Assembly (NCBI GenBank): GCA_037379345.1 | Contig: CM074519.1 | Span: 12,874,742-12,938,741 of the forward strand | Source of the DNA: Perna viridis | Lineage: Eukaryota | Length of the DNA stretch: 64,000 bases | Reading direction: 5' to 3' | Shown: in pieces, positions 22,401 through 37,400 of the stretch | Position numbering within the stretch: position 1 is the stretch's first letter | Layout: every line of letters starts with the position of its first letter | The notes under the pieces: generated by a model | Database searches by the model: none | Told to the model about the DNA's origin: nothing | What the model saw: only the letters and a program-made list of their open reading frames with translations | Position numbers and translations under genes: made by a program

Positions 22401-25400
22401 ATAAAGTACTGAATAAAATGAAAACTACTCGGGACACAAGAATAAACTGCCTTTTAAAATAAAACTACGCGTAAAGAAAACAGCTGATGGAACATGTACT
22501 ACAAAATGTAAAAACGAATAAAAACCACAAAGTAGACCATCAAATCAAAGTAAGCACAGGCTGGAAATGCCGTTTTAGTCATATTTAAATGCCATCAATT
22601 TCGTAGACACATTTTCTATGGTACGACTAATTTGCATATTGACAATAGTGTCGGTACGTTTCATATACGTATCCAAATTATTATGTACAGTACTGTTTAA
22701 GGAATTATAAAATGCAAAAATGAAGCGAAGCTGAAATGAAAGTATGGCCAAACGTTTGATGCAAAAGTGGCCAAAATTAACAAGGATTGGACTAATGCAA
22801 GGTCCGTTATGGGTAAATATGGTGCAATCATTAATTTTGCACTAGAATTGACTTGAACAGACTTCCAGATAGATTAATATTCTTGGTTACATAAGATTGT
22901 CTAACTAAAATTGCCAGTGAATATTATTATTCATTTGACTTAGCCATTGTGATGCAGACGAGCTGCTCAAAGAGTATGGCTGAGGTTAAACGACTTCATC
23001 ATAGCAAACCCAACACTTTTCTCTATATCTAGGACCACGGGAGGTTCCTCTCTCTAATTTAAAGAATACTATATTCTTACAGACAGATCGGTGAAGCTTG
23101 TTTCGCAACTAATTATACTACGAACAAGCCTTAATTTGCAAGAATACGGTGTTAGCGCCTCAACAATTTTTTTATCTGTGAACTGTGTTACTAACGGAAG
23201 AAAAATGCACATAAACTTGATCAGAGGAGTGAATGCGTAAATTCCGCTAGGTTTTCCTCCTCGACGGCGTTCTAGTTACTTTGATGTTTTAACATAAATA
23301 TATTCTACTGAAAGAGTCATTAAGTAGTGTTACCATTATTCAGTCACAAAAATCTGTCTATTTGATGTTTATTCTGTGTCTTGAAACTAACAGCACAGTT
23401 AAAGTGAGCACGTGCCTATGCTTTGAGTACAGAAAAGGTCACTATTTTGTCTTAAACCCTACAGGCCTCCGAATTTTGTATACCTCTATAGTTTATAAGT
23501 TATTTGCGACTGCTTAACGAATACTTTAATAGATATTTTTGCTTTTTATACTAGCGTGTCTCTGCTTGACCTACATAAGTATAAAGTACTGAATAAAATG
23601 AAAACTACTCGGGACACAAGAATAAACTGCCTTTTAAAATAAAACTACGCGTAAAGAAAACAGCTGATGGAACATGTACTACAAAATGTAAAAACGAATA
23701 AAAACCACAACGTAGACCATCAAATCAAAGTAAGCACACGCTGGAAATGCCGTTTTAGTCATATTTAAATGCCATCAATTTCGTAGACACATTTTCTATG
23801 GTACGACTAATTTGCATATTGACAATAGTGTCGGTACGTTTCATATACGTATCCAAATTATTATGTACAGTACTGTTTAAGGAATTATAAAATGCAAAAA
23901 TGAAGCGAAGCTGAAATGAAAGTATGGCCAAACGTTTGATGCAAAAGTGGCCAAAATTAACAAGGATTGGACTAATGCAAGGTCCGTTATGGGTAAATAT
24001 GGTGCAATCATTAATTTTGCACTAGAATTGACTTGAACAGACTTCCAGATAGATTAATATTCTTGGTTACATAAGATTGTCTAACTAAAATTGCCAGTGA
24101 ATATTATTATTCATTTGACTTAGCCATTGTGATGCAGACGAGCTGCTCAAAGAGTATGGCTGAGGTTAAACGACTTCATCATAGCAAACCCAACACTTTT
24201 CTCTATATCTAGGACCACGGGAGGTTCCTCTCTCTAATTTAAAGAATACTATATTCTTACAGACAGATCGGTGAAGCTTGTTTCGCAACTAATTATACTA
24301 CGAACAAGCCTTAATTTGCAAGAATACGGTGTTAGCGCCTCAACAATTTTTTTATCTGTGAACTGTGTTACTAACGGAAGAAAAATGCACATAAACTTGA
24401 TCAGAGGAGTGAATGCGTAAATTCCGCTAGGTTTTCCTCCTCGACGGCGTTCTAGTTACTTTGATGTTTTAACATAAATATATTCTACTGAAAGAGTCAT
24501 TAAGTAGTGTTACCATTATTCAGTCACAAAAATCTGTCTATTTGATGTTTATTCTGTGTCTTGAAACTAACAGCACAGTTAAAGTGAGCACGTGCCTATG
24601 CTTTGAGTACAGAAAAGGTCACTATTTTGTCTTAAACCCTACAGGCCTCCGAATTTTGTATACCTCTATAGTTTATAAGTTATTTGCGACTGCTTAACGA
24701 ATACTTTAATAGATATTTTTGCTTTTTATACTAGCGTGTCTCTGCTTGACCTACATAAGTATAAAGTACTGAATAAAATGAAAACTACTCGGGACACAAG
24801 AATAAACTGCCTTTTAAAATAAAACTACGCGTAAAGAAAACAGCTGATGGAACATGTACTACAAAATGTAAAAACGAATAAAAACCACAACGTAGACCAT
24901 CAAATCAAAGTAAGCACACGCTGGAAATGCCGTTTTAGTCATATTTAAATGCCATCAATTTCGTAGACACATTTTCTATGGTACGACTAATTTGCATATT
25001 GACAATAGTGTCGGTACGTTTCATATACGTATCCAAATTATTATGTACAGTACTGTTTAAGGAATTATAAAATGCAAAAATGAAGCGAAGCTGAAATGAA
25101 AGTATGGCCAAACGTTTGATGCAAAAGTGGCCAAAATTAACAAGGATTGGACTAATGCAAGGTCCGTTATGGGTAAATATGGTGCAATCATTAATTTTGC
25201 ACTAGAATTGACTTGAACAGACTTCCAGATAGATTAATATTCTTGGTTACATAAGATTGTCTAACTAAAATTGCCAGTGAATATTATTATTCATTTGACT
25301 TAGCCATTGTGATGCAGACGAGCTGCTCAAAGAGTATGGCTGAGGTTAAACGACTTCATCATAGCAAACCCAACACTTTTCTCTATATCTAGGACCACGG

Positions 25401-28400
25401 GAGGTTCCTCTCTCTAATTTAAAGAATACTATATTCTTACAGACAGATCGGTGAAGCTTGTTTCGCAACTAATTATACTACGAACAAGCCTTAATTTGCA
25501 AGAATACGGTGTTAGCGCCTCAACAATTTTTTTATCTGTGAACTGTGTTACTAACGGAAGAAAAATGCACATAAACTTGATCAGAGGAGTGAATGCGTAA
25601 ATTCCGCTAGGTTTTCCTCCTCGACGGCGTTCTAGTTACTTTGATGTTTTAACATAAATATATTCTACTGAAAGAGTCATTAAGTAGTGTTACCATTATT
25701 CAGTCACAAAAATCTGTCTATTTGATGTTTATTCTGTGTCTTGAAACTAACAGCACAGTTAAAGTGAGCACGTGCCTATGCTTTGAGTACAGAAAAGGTC
25801 ACTATTTTGTCTTAAACCCTACAGGCCTCCGAATTTTGTATACCTCTATAGTTTATAAGTTATTTGCGACTGCTTAACGAATACTTTAATAGATATTTTT
25901 GCTTTTTATACTAGCGTGTCTCTGCTTGACCTACATAAGTATAAAGTACTGAATAAAATGAAAACTACTCGGGACACAAGAATAAACTGCCTTTTAAAAT
26001 AAAACTACGCGTAAAGAAAACAGCTGATGGAACATGTACTACAAAATGTAAAAACGAATAAAAACCACAACGTAGACCATCAAATCAAAGTAAGCACACG
26101 CTGGAAATGCCGTTTTAGTCATATTTAAATGCCATCAATTTCGTAGACACATTTTCTATGGTACGACTAATTTGCATATTGACAATAGTGTCGGTACGTT
26201 TCATATACGTATCCAAATTATTATGTACAGTACTGTTTAAGGAATTATAAAATGCAAAAATGAAGCGAAGCTGAAATGAAAGTATGGCCAAACGTTTGAT
26301 GCAAAAGTGGCCAAAATTAACAAGGATTGGACTAATGCAAGGTCCGTTATGGGTAAATATGGTGCAATCATTAATTTTGCACTAGAATTGACTTGAACAG
26401 ACTTCCAGATAGATTAATATTCTTGGTTACATAAGATTGTCTAACTAAAATTGCCAGTGAATATTATTATTCATTTGACTTAGCCATTGTGATGCAGACG
26501 AGCTGCTCAAAGAGTATGGCTGAGGTTAAACGACTTCATCATAGCAAACCCAACACTTTTCTCTATATCTAGGACCACGGGAGGTTCCTCTCTCTAATTT
26601 AAAGAATACTATATTCTTACAGACAGATCGGTGAAGCTTGTTTCGCAACTAATTATACTACGAACAAGCCTTAATTTGCAAGAATACGGTGTTAGCGCCT
26701 CAACAATTTTTTTATCTGTGAACTGTGTTACTAACGGAAGAAAAATGCACATAAACTTGATCAGAGGAGTGAATGCGTAAATTCCGCTAGGTTTTCCTCC
26801 TCGACGGCGTTCTAGTTACTTTGATGTTTTAACATAAATATATTCTACTGAAAGAGTCATTAAGTAGTGTTACCATTATTCAGTCACAAAAATCTGTCTA
26901 TTTGATGTTTATTCTGTGTCTTGAAACTAACAGCACAGTTAAAGTGAGCACGTGCCTATGCTTTGAGTACAGAAAAGGTCACTATTTTGTCTTAAACCCT
27001 ACAGGCCTCCGAATTTTGTATACCTCTATAGTTTATAAGTTATTTGCGACTGCTTAACGAATACTTTAATAGATATGTTTGCTTTTTATACTAGCGTGTC
27101 TCTGCTTGACCTACATAAGTATAAAGTACTGAATAAAATGAAAACTACTCGGGACACAAGAATAAACTGCCTTTTAAAATAAAACTACGCGTAAAGAAAA
27201 CAGCTGATGGAACATGTACTACAAAATGTAAAAACGAATAAAAACCACAAAGTAGACCATCAAATCAAAGTAAGCACAGGCTGGAAATGCCGTTTTAGTC
27301 ATATTTAAATGCCATCAATTTCGTAGACACATTTTCTATGGTACGACTAATTTGCATATTGACAATAGTGTCGGTACGTTTCATATACGTATCCAAATTA
27401 TTATGTACAGTACTGTTTAAGGAATTATAAAATGCAAAAATGAAGCGAAGCTGAAATGAAAGTATGGCCAAACGTTTGATGCAAAAGTGGCCAAAATTAA
27501 CAAGGATTGGACTAATGCAAGGTCCGTTATGGGTAAATATGGTGCAATCATTAATTTTGCACTAGAATTGACTTGAACAGACTTCCAGATAGATTAATAT
27601 TCTTGGTTACATAAGATTGTCTAACTAAAATTGCCAGTGAATATTATTATTCATTTGACTTAGCCATTGTGATGCAGACGAGCTGCTCAAAGAGTATGGC
27701 TGAGGTTAAACGACTTCATCATAGCAAACCCAACACTTTTCTCTATATCTAGGACCACGGGAGGTTCCTCTCTCTAATTTAAAGAATACTATATTCTTAC
27801 AGACAGATCGGTGAAGCTTGTTTCGCAACTAATTATACTACGAACAAGCCTTAATTTGCAAGAATACGGTGTTAGCGCCTCAACAATTTTTTTATCTGTG
27901 AACTGTGTTACTAACGGAAGAAAAATGCACATAAACTTGATCAGAGGAGTGAATGCGTAAATTCCGCTAGGTTTTCCTCCTCGACGGCGTTCTAGTTACT
28001 TTGATGTTTTAACATAAATATATTCTACTGAAAGAGTCATTAAGTAGTGTTACCATTATTCAGTCACAAAAATCTGTCTATTTGATGTTTATTCTGTGTC
28101 TTGAAACTAACAGCACAGTTAAAGTGAGCACGTGCCTATGCTTTGAGTACAGAAAAGGTCACTATTTTGTCTTAAACCCTACAGGCCTCCGAATTTTGTA
28201 TACCTCTATAGTTTATAAGTTATTTGCGACTGCTTAACGAATACTTTAATAGATATTTTTGCTTTTTATACTAGCGTGTCTCTGCTTGACCTACATAAGT
28301 ATAAAGTACTGAATAAAATGAAAACTACTCGGGACACAAGAATAAACTGCCTTTTAAAATAAAACTACGCGTAAAGAAAACAGCTGATGGAACATGTACT

Positions 28401-31400
28401 ACAAAATGTAAAAACGAATAAAAACCACAACGTAGACCATCAAATCAAAGTAAGCACACGCTGGAAATGCCGTTTTAGTCATATTTAAATGCCATCAATT
28501 TCGTAGACACATTTTCTATGGTACGACTAATTTGCATATTGACAATAGTGTCGGTACGTTTCATATACGTATCCAAATTATTATGTACAGTACTGTTTAA
28601 GGAATTATATAATGCAAAAATGAAGCGAAGCTGAAATGAAAGTATGGCCAAACGTTTGATGCAAAAGTGGCCAAAATTAACAAGGATTGGACTAATGCAA
28701 GGTCCGTTATGGGTAAATATGGTGCAATCATTAATTTTGCACTAGAATTGACTTGAACAGACTTCCAGATAGATTAATATTCTTGGTTACATAAGATTGT
28801 CTAACTAAAATTGCCAGTGAATATTATTATTCATTTGACTTAGCCATTGTGATGCAGACGAGCTGCTCAAAGAGTATGGCTGAGGTTAAACGACTTCATC
28901 ATAGCAAACCCAACACTTTTCTCTATATCTAGGACCACGGGGGTTCCTCTCTCTAATTTAAAGAATACTATATTCTTACAGACAGATCGGTGAAGCTTGT
29001 TTCGCAACTAATTATACTACGAACAAGCCTTAATTTGCAAGAATACGGTGTTAGCGCCTCAACAATTTTTTTATCTGTGAACTGTGTTACTAACGGAAGA
29101 AAAATGCACATAAACTTGATCAGAGGAGTGAATGCGTAAATTCCGCTAGGTTTTCCTCCTCGACGGCGTTCTAGTTACTTTGATGTTTTAACATAAATAT
29201 ATTCTACTGAAAGAGTCATTAAGTAGTGTTACCATTATTCAGTCACAAAAATCTGTCTATTTGATGTTTATTCTGTGTCTTGAAACTAACAGCACAGTTA
29301 AAGTGAGCACGTGCCTATGCTTTGAGTACAGAAAAGGTCACTATTTTGTCTTAAACCCTACAGGCCTCCGAATTTTGTATACCTCTATAGTTTATAAGTT
29401 ATTTGCGACTGCTTAACGAATATTTTAATAGATATTTTTGCTTTTTATACTAGCGTGTCTCTGCTTGACCTACATAAGTATAAAGTACTGAATAAAATGA
29501 AAACTACTCGGGACACAAGAATAAACTGCCTTTTAAAATAAAACTACGCGTAAAGAAAACAGCTGATGGAACATGTACTACAAAATGTAAAAACGAATAA
29601 AAACCACAACGTAGATCATCAAATCAAAGTAAGCACACGCTGGAAATGCCGTTTTAGTCATATTTAAATGCCATCAATTTCGTAGACACATTTTCTATGG
29701 TACGACTAATTTGCATATTGACAATAGTGTCGGTACGTTTCATATACGTATCCAAATTATTATGTACAGTACTGTTTAAGGAATTATAAAATGCAAAAAT
29801 GAAGCGAAGCTGAAATGAAAGTATGGCCAAACGTTTGATGCAAAAGTGGCCAAAATTAACAAGGATTGGACTAATGCAAGGTCCGTTACGGGTAAATATG
29901 GTGCAATCATTAATTTTGCACTAGAATTGACTTGAACAGACTTCCAGATAGATTAATATTCTTGGTTACATAAGATTGTCTAACTAAAATTGCCAGTGAA
30001 TATTATTATTCATTTGACTTAGCCATTGTGATGCAGACGAGCTGCTCAAAGAGTATGGCTGAGGTTAAACGACTTCATCATAGCAAACCCAACACTTTTC
30101 TCTATATCTAGGACCACGGGGGGTTCCTCTCTCTAATTTAAAGAATACTATATTCTTACAGACAGATCGGTGAAGCTTGTTTCGCAACTAATTATACTAC
30201 GAACAAGCCTTAATTTGCAAGAATACGGTGTTAGCGCCTCAACAATTTTTTTATCTGTGAACTGTGTTACTAACGGAAGAAAAATGCACATAAACTTGAT
30301 CAGAGGAGTGAATGCGTAAATTCCGCTAGGTTTTCCTCCTCGACGGCGTTCTAGTTACTTTGATGTTTTAACATAAATATATTCTACTGAAAGAGTCATT
30401 AAGTAGTGTTACCATTATTCAGTCACAAAAATCTGTCTATTTGATGTTTATTCTGTGTCTTGAAACTAACAGCACAGTTAAAGTGAGCACGTGCCTATGC
30501 TTTGAGTACAGAAAAGGTCACTATTTTGTCTTAAACCCTACAGGCCTCCGAATTTTGTATACCTCTATAGTTTATAAGTTATTTGCGACTGCTTAACGAA
30601 TACTTTAATAGATATTTTTGCTTTTTATACTAGCGTGTCTCTGCTTGACCTACATAAGTATAAAGTACTGAATAAAATGAAAACTACTCGGGACACAAGA
30701 ATAAACTGCCTTTTAAAATAAAACTACGCGTAAAGAAAACAGCTGATGGAACATGTACTACAAAATGTAAAAACGAATAAAAACCACAACGTAGACCATC
30801 AAATCAAAGTAAGCACACGCTGGAAATGCCGTTTTAGTCATATTTAAATGCCATCAATTTCGTAGACACATTTTCTATGGTACGACTAATTTGCATATTG
30901 ACAATAGTGTCGGTACGTTTCATATACGTATCCAAATTATTATGTACAGTACTGTTTAAGGAATTATAAAATGCAAAAATGAAGCGAAGCTGAAATGAAA
31001 GTATGGCCAAACGTTTGATGCAAAAGTGGCCAAAATTAACAAGGATTGGACTAATGCAAGGTCCGTTATGGGTAAATATGGTGCAATCATTAATTTTGCA
31101 CTAGAATTGACTTGAACAGACTTCCAGATAGATTAATATTCTTGGTTACATAAGATTGTCTAACTAAAATTGCCAGTGAATATTATTATTCATTTGACTT
31201 AGCCATTGTGATGCAGACGAGCTGCTCAAAGAGTATGGCTGAGGTTAAACGACTTCATCATAGCAAACCCAACACTTTTCTCTATATCTAGGACCACGGG
31301 AGGTTCCTCTCTCTAATTTAAAGAATACTATATTCTTACAGACAGATCGGTGAAGCTTGTTTCGCAACTAATTATACTACGAACAAGCCTTAATTTGCAA

Positions 31401-34400
31401 GAATACGGTGTTAGCGCCTCAACAATTTTTTTATCTGTGAACTGTGTTACTAACGGAAGAAAAATGCACATAAACTTGATCAGAGGAGTGAATGCGTAAA
31501 TTCCGCTAGGTTTTCCTCCTCGACGGCGTTCTAGTTACTTTGATGTTTTAACATAAATATATTCTACTGAAAGAGTCATTAAGTAGTGTTACCATTATTC
31601 AGTCACAAAAATCTGTCTATTTGATGTTTATTCTGTGTCTTGAAACTAACAGCACAGTTAAAGTGAGCACGTGCCTATGCTTTGAGTACAGAAAAGGTCA
31701 CTATTTTGTCTTAAACCCTACAGGCCTCCGAATTTTGTATACCTCTATAGTTTATAAGTTATTTGCGACTGCTTAACGAATACTTTAATAGATATGTTTG
31801 CTTTTTATACTAGCGTGTCTCTGCTTGACCTACATAAGTATAAAGTACTGAATAAAATGAAAACTACTCGGGACACAAGAATAAACTGCCTTTTAAAATA
31901 AAACTACGCGTAAAGAAAACAGCTGATGGAACATGTACTACAAAATGTAAAAACGAATAAAAACCACAAAGTAGACCATCAAATCAAAGTAAGCACAGGC
32001 TGGAAATGCCGTTTTAGTCATATTTAAATGCCATCAATTTCGTAGACACATTTTCTATGGTACGACTAATTTGCATATTGACAATAGTGTCGGTACGTTT
32101 CATATACGTATCCAAATTATTATGTACAGTACTGTTTAAGGAATTATAAAATGCAAAAATGAAGCGAAGCTGAAATGAAAGTATGGCCAAACGTTTGATG
32201 CAAAAGTGGCCAAAATTAACAAGGATTGGACTAATGCAAGGTCCGTTATGGGTAAATATGGTGCAATCATTAATTTTGCACTAGAATTGACTTGAACAGA
32301 CTTCCAGATAGATTAATATTCTTGGTTACATAAGATTGTCTAACTAAAATTGCCAGTGAATATTATTATTCATTTGACTTAGCCATTGTGATGCAGACGA
32401 GCTGCTCAAAGAGTATGGCTGAGGTTAAACGACTTCATCATAGCAAACCCAACACTTTTCTCTATATCTAGGACCACGGGAGGTTCCTCTCTCTAATTTA
32501 AAGAATACTATATTCTTACAGACAGATCGGTGAAGCTTGTTTCGCAACTAATTATACTACGAACAAGCCTTAATTTGCAAGAATACGGTGTTAGCGCCTC
32601 AACAATTTTTTTATCTGTGAACTGTGTTACTAACGGAAGAAAAATGCACATAAACTTGATCAGAGGAGTGAATGCGTAAATTCCGCTAGGTTTTCCTCCT
32701 CGACGGCGTTCTAGTTACTTTGATGTTTTAACATAAATATATTCTACTGAAAGAGTCATTAAGTAGTGTTACCATTATTCAGTCACCAAAATCTGTCTAT
32801 TTGATGTTTATTCTGTGTCTTGAAACTAACAGCACAGTTAAAGTGAGCACGTGCCTATGCTTTGAGTACAGAAAAGGTCACTATTTTGTCTTAAACCCTA
32901 CAGGCCTCCGAATTTTGTATACCTCTATAGTTTATAAGTTATTTGCGACTGCTTAACGAATACTTTAATAGATATTTTTGCTTTTTATACTAGCGTGTCT
33001 CTGCTTGACCTACATAAGTATAAAGTACTGAATAAAATGAAAACTACTCGGGACACAAGAATAAACTGCCTTTTAAAATAAAACTACGCGTAAAGAAAAC
33101 AGCTGATGGAACATGTACTACAAAATGTAAAAACGAATAAAAACCACAACGTAGACCATCAAATCAAAGTAAGCACAGGCTGGAAATGCCGTTTTAGTCA
33201 TATTTAAATGCCATCAATTTCGTAGACACATTTTCTATGGTACGACTAATTTGCATATTGACAATAGTGTCGGTACGTTTCATATACGTATCCAAATTAT
33301 TATGTACAGTACTGTTTAAGGAATTATAAAATGCAAAAATGAAGCGAAGCTGAAATGAAAGTATGGCCAAACGTTTGATGCAAAAGTGGCCAAAATTAAC
33401 AAGGATTGGACTAATGCAAGGTCCGTTATGGGTAAATATGGTGCAATCATTAATTTTGCACTAGAATTGACTTGAACAGACTTCCAGATAGATTAATATT
33501 CTTGGTTACATAAGATTGTCTAACTAAAATTGCCAGTGAATATTATTATTCATTTGACTTAGCCATTGTGATGCAGACGAGCTGCTCAAAGAGTATGGCT
33601 GAGGTTAAACGACTTCATCATAGCAAACCCAACACTTTTCTCTATATCTAGGACCACGGGAGGTTCCTCTCTCTAATTTAAAGAATACTATATTCTTACA
33701 GACAGATCGGTGAAGCTTGTTTCGCAACTAATTATACTACGAACAAGCCTTAATTTGCAAGAATACGGTGTTAGCGCCTCAACAATTTTTTTTATCTGTG
33801 AACTGTGTTACTAACGGAAGAAAAATGCACATAAACTTGATCAGAGGAGTGAATGCGTAAATTCCGCTAGGTTTTCCTCCTCGACGGCGTTCTAGTTACT
33901 TTGATGTTTTAACATAAATATATTCTACTGAAAGAGTCATTAAGTAGTGTTACCATTATTCAGTCACAAAAATCTGTCTATTTGATGTTTATTCTGTGTC
34001 TTGAAACTAACAGCACAGTTAAAGTGAGCACGTGCCTATGCTTTGAGTACAGAAAAGGTCACTATTTTGTCTTAAACCCTACAGGCCTCCGAATTTTGTA
34101 TACCTCTATAGTTTATAAATTATTTGCGACTGCTTAACGAATACTTTAATAGATATTTTTGCTTTTTATACTAGCGTGTCTCTGCTTGACCTACATAAGT
34201 ATAAAGTACTGAATAAAATGAAAACTACTCGGGACACAAGAATAAACTGCCTTTTAAAATAAAACTACGCGTAAAGAAAACAGCTGATGGAACATGTACT
34301 ACAAAATGTAAAAACGAATAAAAACCACAAAGTAGACCATCAAATCAAAGTAAGCACAGGCTGGAAATGCCGTTTTAGTCATATTTAAATGCCATCAATT

Positions 34401-37400
34401 TCGTAGACACATTTTCTATGGTACGACTAATTTGCATATTGACAATAGTGTCGGTACGTTTCATATACGTATCCAAATTATTATGTACAGTACTGTTTAA
34501 GGAATTATAAAATGCAAAAATGAAGCGAAGCTGAAATGAAAGTATGGCCAAACGTTTGATGCAAAAGTGGCCAAAATTAACAAGGATTGGACTAATGCAA
34601 GGTCCGTTATGGGTAAATATGGTGCAATCATTAATTTTGCACTAGAATTGACTTGAACAGACTTCCAGATAGATTAATATTCTTGGTTACATAAGATTGT
34701 CTAACTAAAATTGCCAGTGAATATTATTATTCATTTGACTTAGCCATTGTGATGCAGACGAGCTGCTCAAAGAGTATGGCTGAGGTTAAACGACTTCATC
34801 ATAGCAAACCCAACACTTTTCTCTATATCTAGGACCACGGGAGGTTCCTCTCTCTAATTTAAAGAATACTATATTCTTACAGACAGATCGGTGAAGCTTG
34901 TTTCGCAACTAATTATACTACGAACAAGCCTTAATTTGCAAGAATACGGTGTTAGCGCCTCAACAATTTTTTTATCTGTGAACTGTGTTACTAACGGAAG
35001 AAAAATGCACATAAACTTGATCAGAGGAGTGAATGCGTAAATTCCGCTAGGTTTTCCTCCTCGACGGCGTTCTAGTTACTTTGATGTTTTAACATAAATA
35101 TATTCTACTGAAAGAGTCATTAAGTAGTGTTACCATTATTCAGTCACAAAAATCTGTCTATTTGATGTTTATTCTGTGTCTTGAAACTAACAGCACAGTT
35201 AAAGTGAGCACGTGCCTATGCTTTGAGTACAGAAAAGGTCACTATTTTGTCTTAAACCCTACAGGCCTCCGAATTTTGTATACCTCTATAGTTTATAAGT
35301 TATTTGCGACTGCTTAACGAATACTTTAATAGATATGTTTGCTTTTTATACTAGCGTGTCTCTGCTTGACCTACATAAGTATAAAGTACTGAATAAAATG
35401 AAAACTACTCGGGACACAAGAATAAACTGCCTTTTAAAATAAAACTACGCGTAAAGAAAACAGCTGATGGAACATGTACTACAAAATGTAAAAACGAATA
35501 AAAACCACAAAGTAGACCATCAAATCAAAGTAAGCACAGGCTGGAAATGCCGTTTTAGTCATATTTAAATGCCATCAATTTCGTAGACACATTTTCTATG
35601 GTACGACTAATTTGCATATTGACAATAGTGTCGGTACGTTTCATATACGTATCCAAATTATTATGTACAGTACTGTTTAAGGAATTATAAAATGCAAAAA
35701 TGAAGCGAAGCTGAAATGAAAGTATGGCCAAACGTTTGATGCAAAAGTGGCCAAAATTAACAAGGATTGGACTAATGCAAGGTCCGTTATGGGTAAATAT
35801 GGTGCAATCATTAATTTTGCACTAGAATTGACTTGAACAGACTTCCAGATAGATTAATATTCTTGGTTACATAAGATTGTCTAACTAAAATTGCCAGTGA
35901 ATATTATTATTCATTTGACTTAGCCATTGTGATGCAGACGAGCTGCTCAAAGAGTATGGCTGAGGTTAAACGACTTCATCATAGCAAACCCAACACTTTT
36001 CTCTATATCTAGGACCACGGGAGGTTCCTCTCTCTAATTTAAAGAATACTATATTCTTACAGACAGATCGGTGAAGCTTGTTTCGCAACTAATTATACTA
36101 CGAACAAGCCTTAATTTGCAAGAATACGGTGTTAGCGCCTCAACAATTTTTTTATCTGTGAACTGTGTTACTAACGGAAGAAAAATGCACATAAACTTGA
36201 TCAGAGGAGTGAATGCGTAAATTCCGCTAGGTTTTCCTCCTCGACGGCGTTCTAGTTACTTTGATGTTTTAACATAAATATATTCTACTGAAAGAGTCAT
36301 TAAGTAGTGTTACCATTATTCAGTCACAAAAATCTGTCTATTTGATGTTTATTCTGTGTCTTGAAACTAACAGCACAGTTAAAGTGAGCACGTGCCTATG
36401 CTTTGAGTACAGAAAAGGTCACTATTTTGTCTTAAACCCTACAGGCCTCCGAATTTTGTATACCTCTATAGTTTATAAGTTATTTGCGACTGCTTAACGA
36501 ATACTTTAATAGATATTTTTGCTTTTTATACTAGCGTGTCTCTGCTTGACCTACATAAGTATAAAGTACTGAATAAAATGAAAACTACTCGGGACACAAG
36601 AATAAACTGCCTTTTAAAATAAAACTACGCGTAAAGAAAACAGCTGATGGAACATGTACTACAAAATGTAAAAACGAATAAAAACCACAACGTAGACCAT
36701 CAAATCAAAGTAAGCACAGGCTGGAAATGCCGTTTTAGTCATATTTAAATGCCATCAATTTCGTAGACACATTTTCTATGGTACGACTAATTTGCATATT
36801 GACAATAGTGTCGGTACGTTTCATATACGTATCCAAATTATTATGTACAGTACTGTTTAAGGAATTATAAAATGCAAAAATGAAGCGAAGCTGAAATGAA
36901 AGTATGGCCAAACGTTTGATGCAAAAGTGGCCAAAATTAACAAGGATTGGACTAATGCAAGGTCCGTTATGGGTAAATATGGTGCAATCATTAATTTTGC
37001 ACTAGAATTGACTTGAACAGACTTCCAGATAGATTAATATTCTTGGTTACATAAGATTGTCTAACTAAAATTGCCAGTGAATATTATTATTCATTTGACT
37101 TAGCCATTGTGATGCAGACGAGCTGCTCAAAGAGTATGGCTGAGGTTAAACGACTTCATCATAGCAAACCCAACACTTTTCTCTATATCTAGGACCACGG
37201 GAGGTTCCTCTCTCTAATTTAAAGAATACTATATTCTTACAGACAGATCGGTGAAGCTTGTTTCGCAACTAATTATACTACGAACAAGCCTTAATTTGCA
37301 AGAATACGGTGTTAGCGCCTCAACAATTTTTTTATCTGTGAACTGTGTTACTAACGGAAGAAAAATGCACATAAACTTGATCAGAGGAGTGAATGCGTAA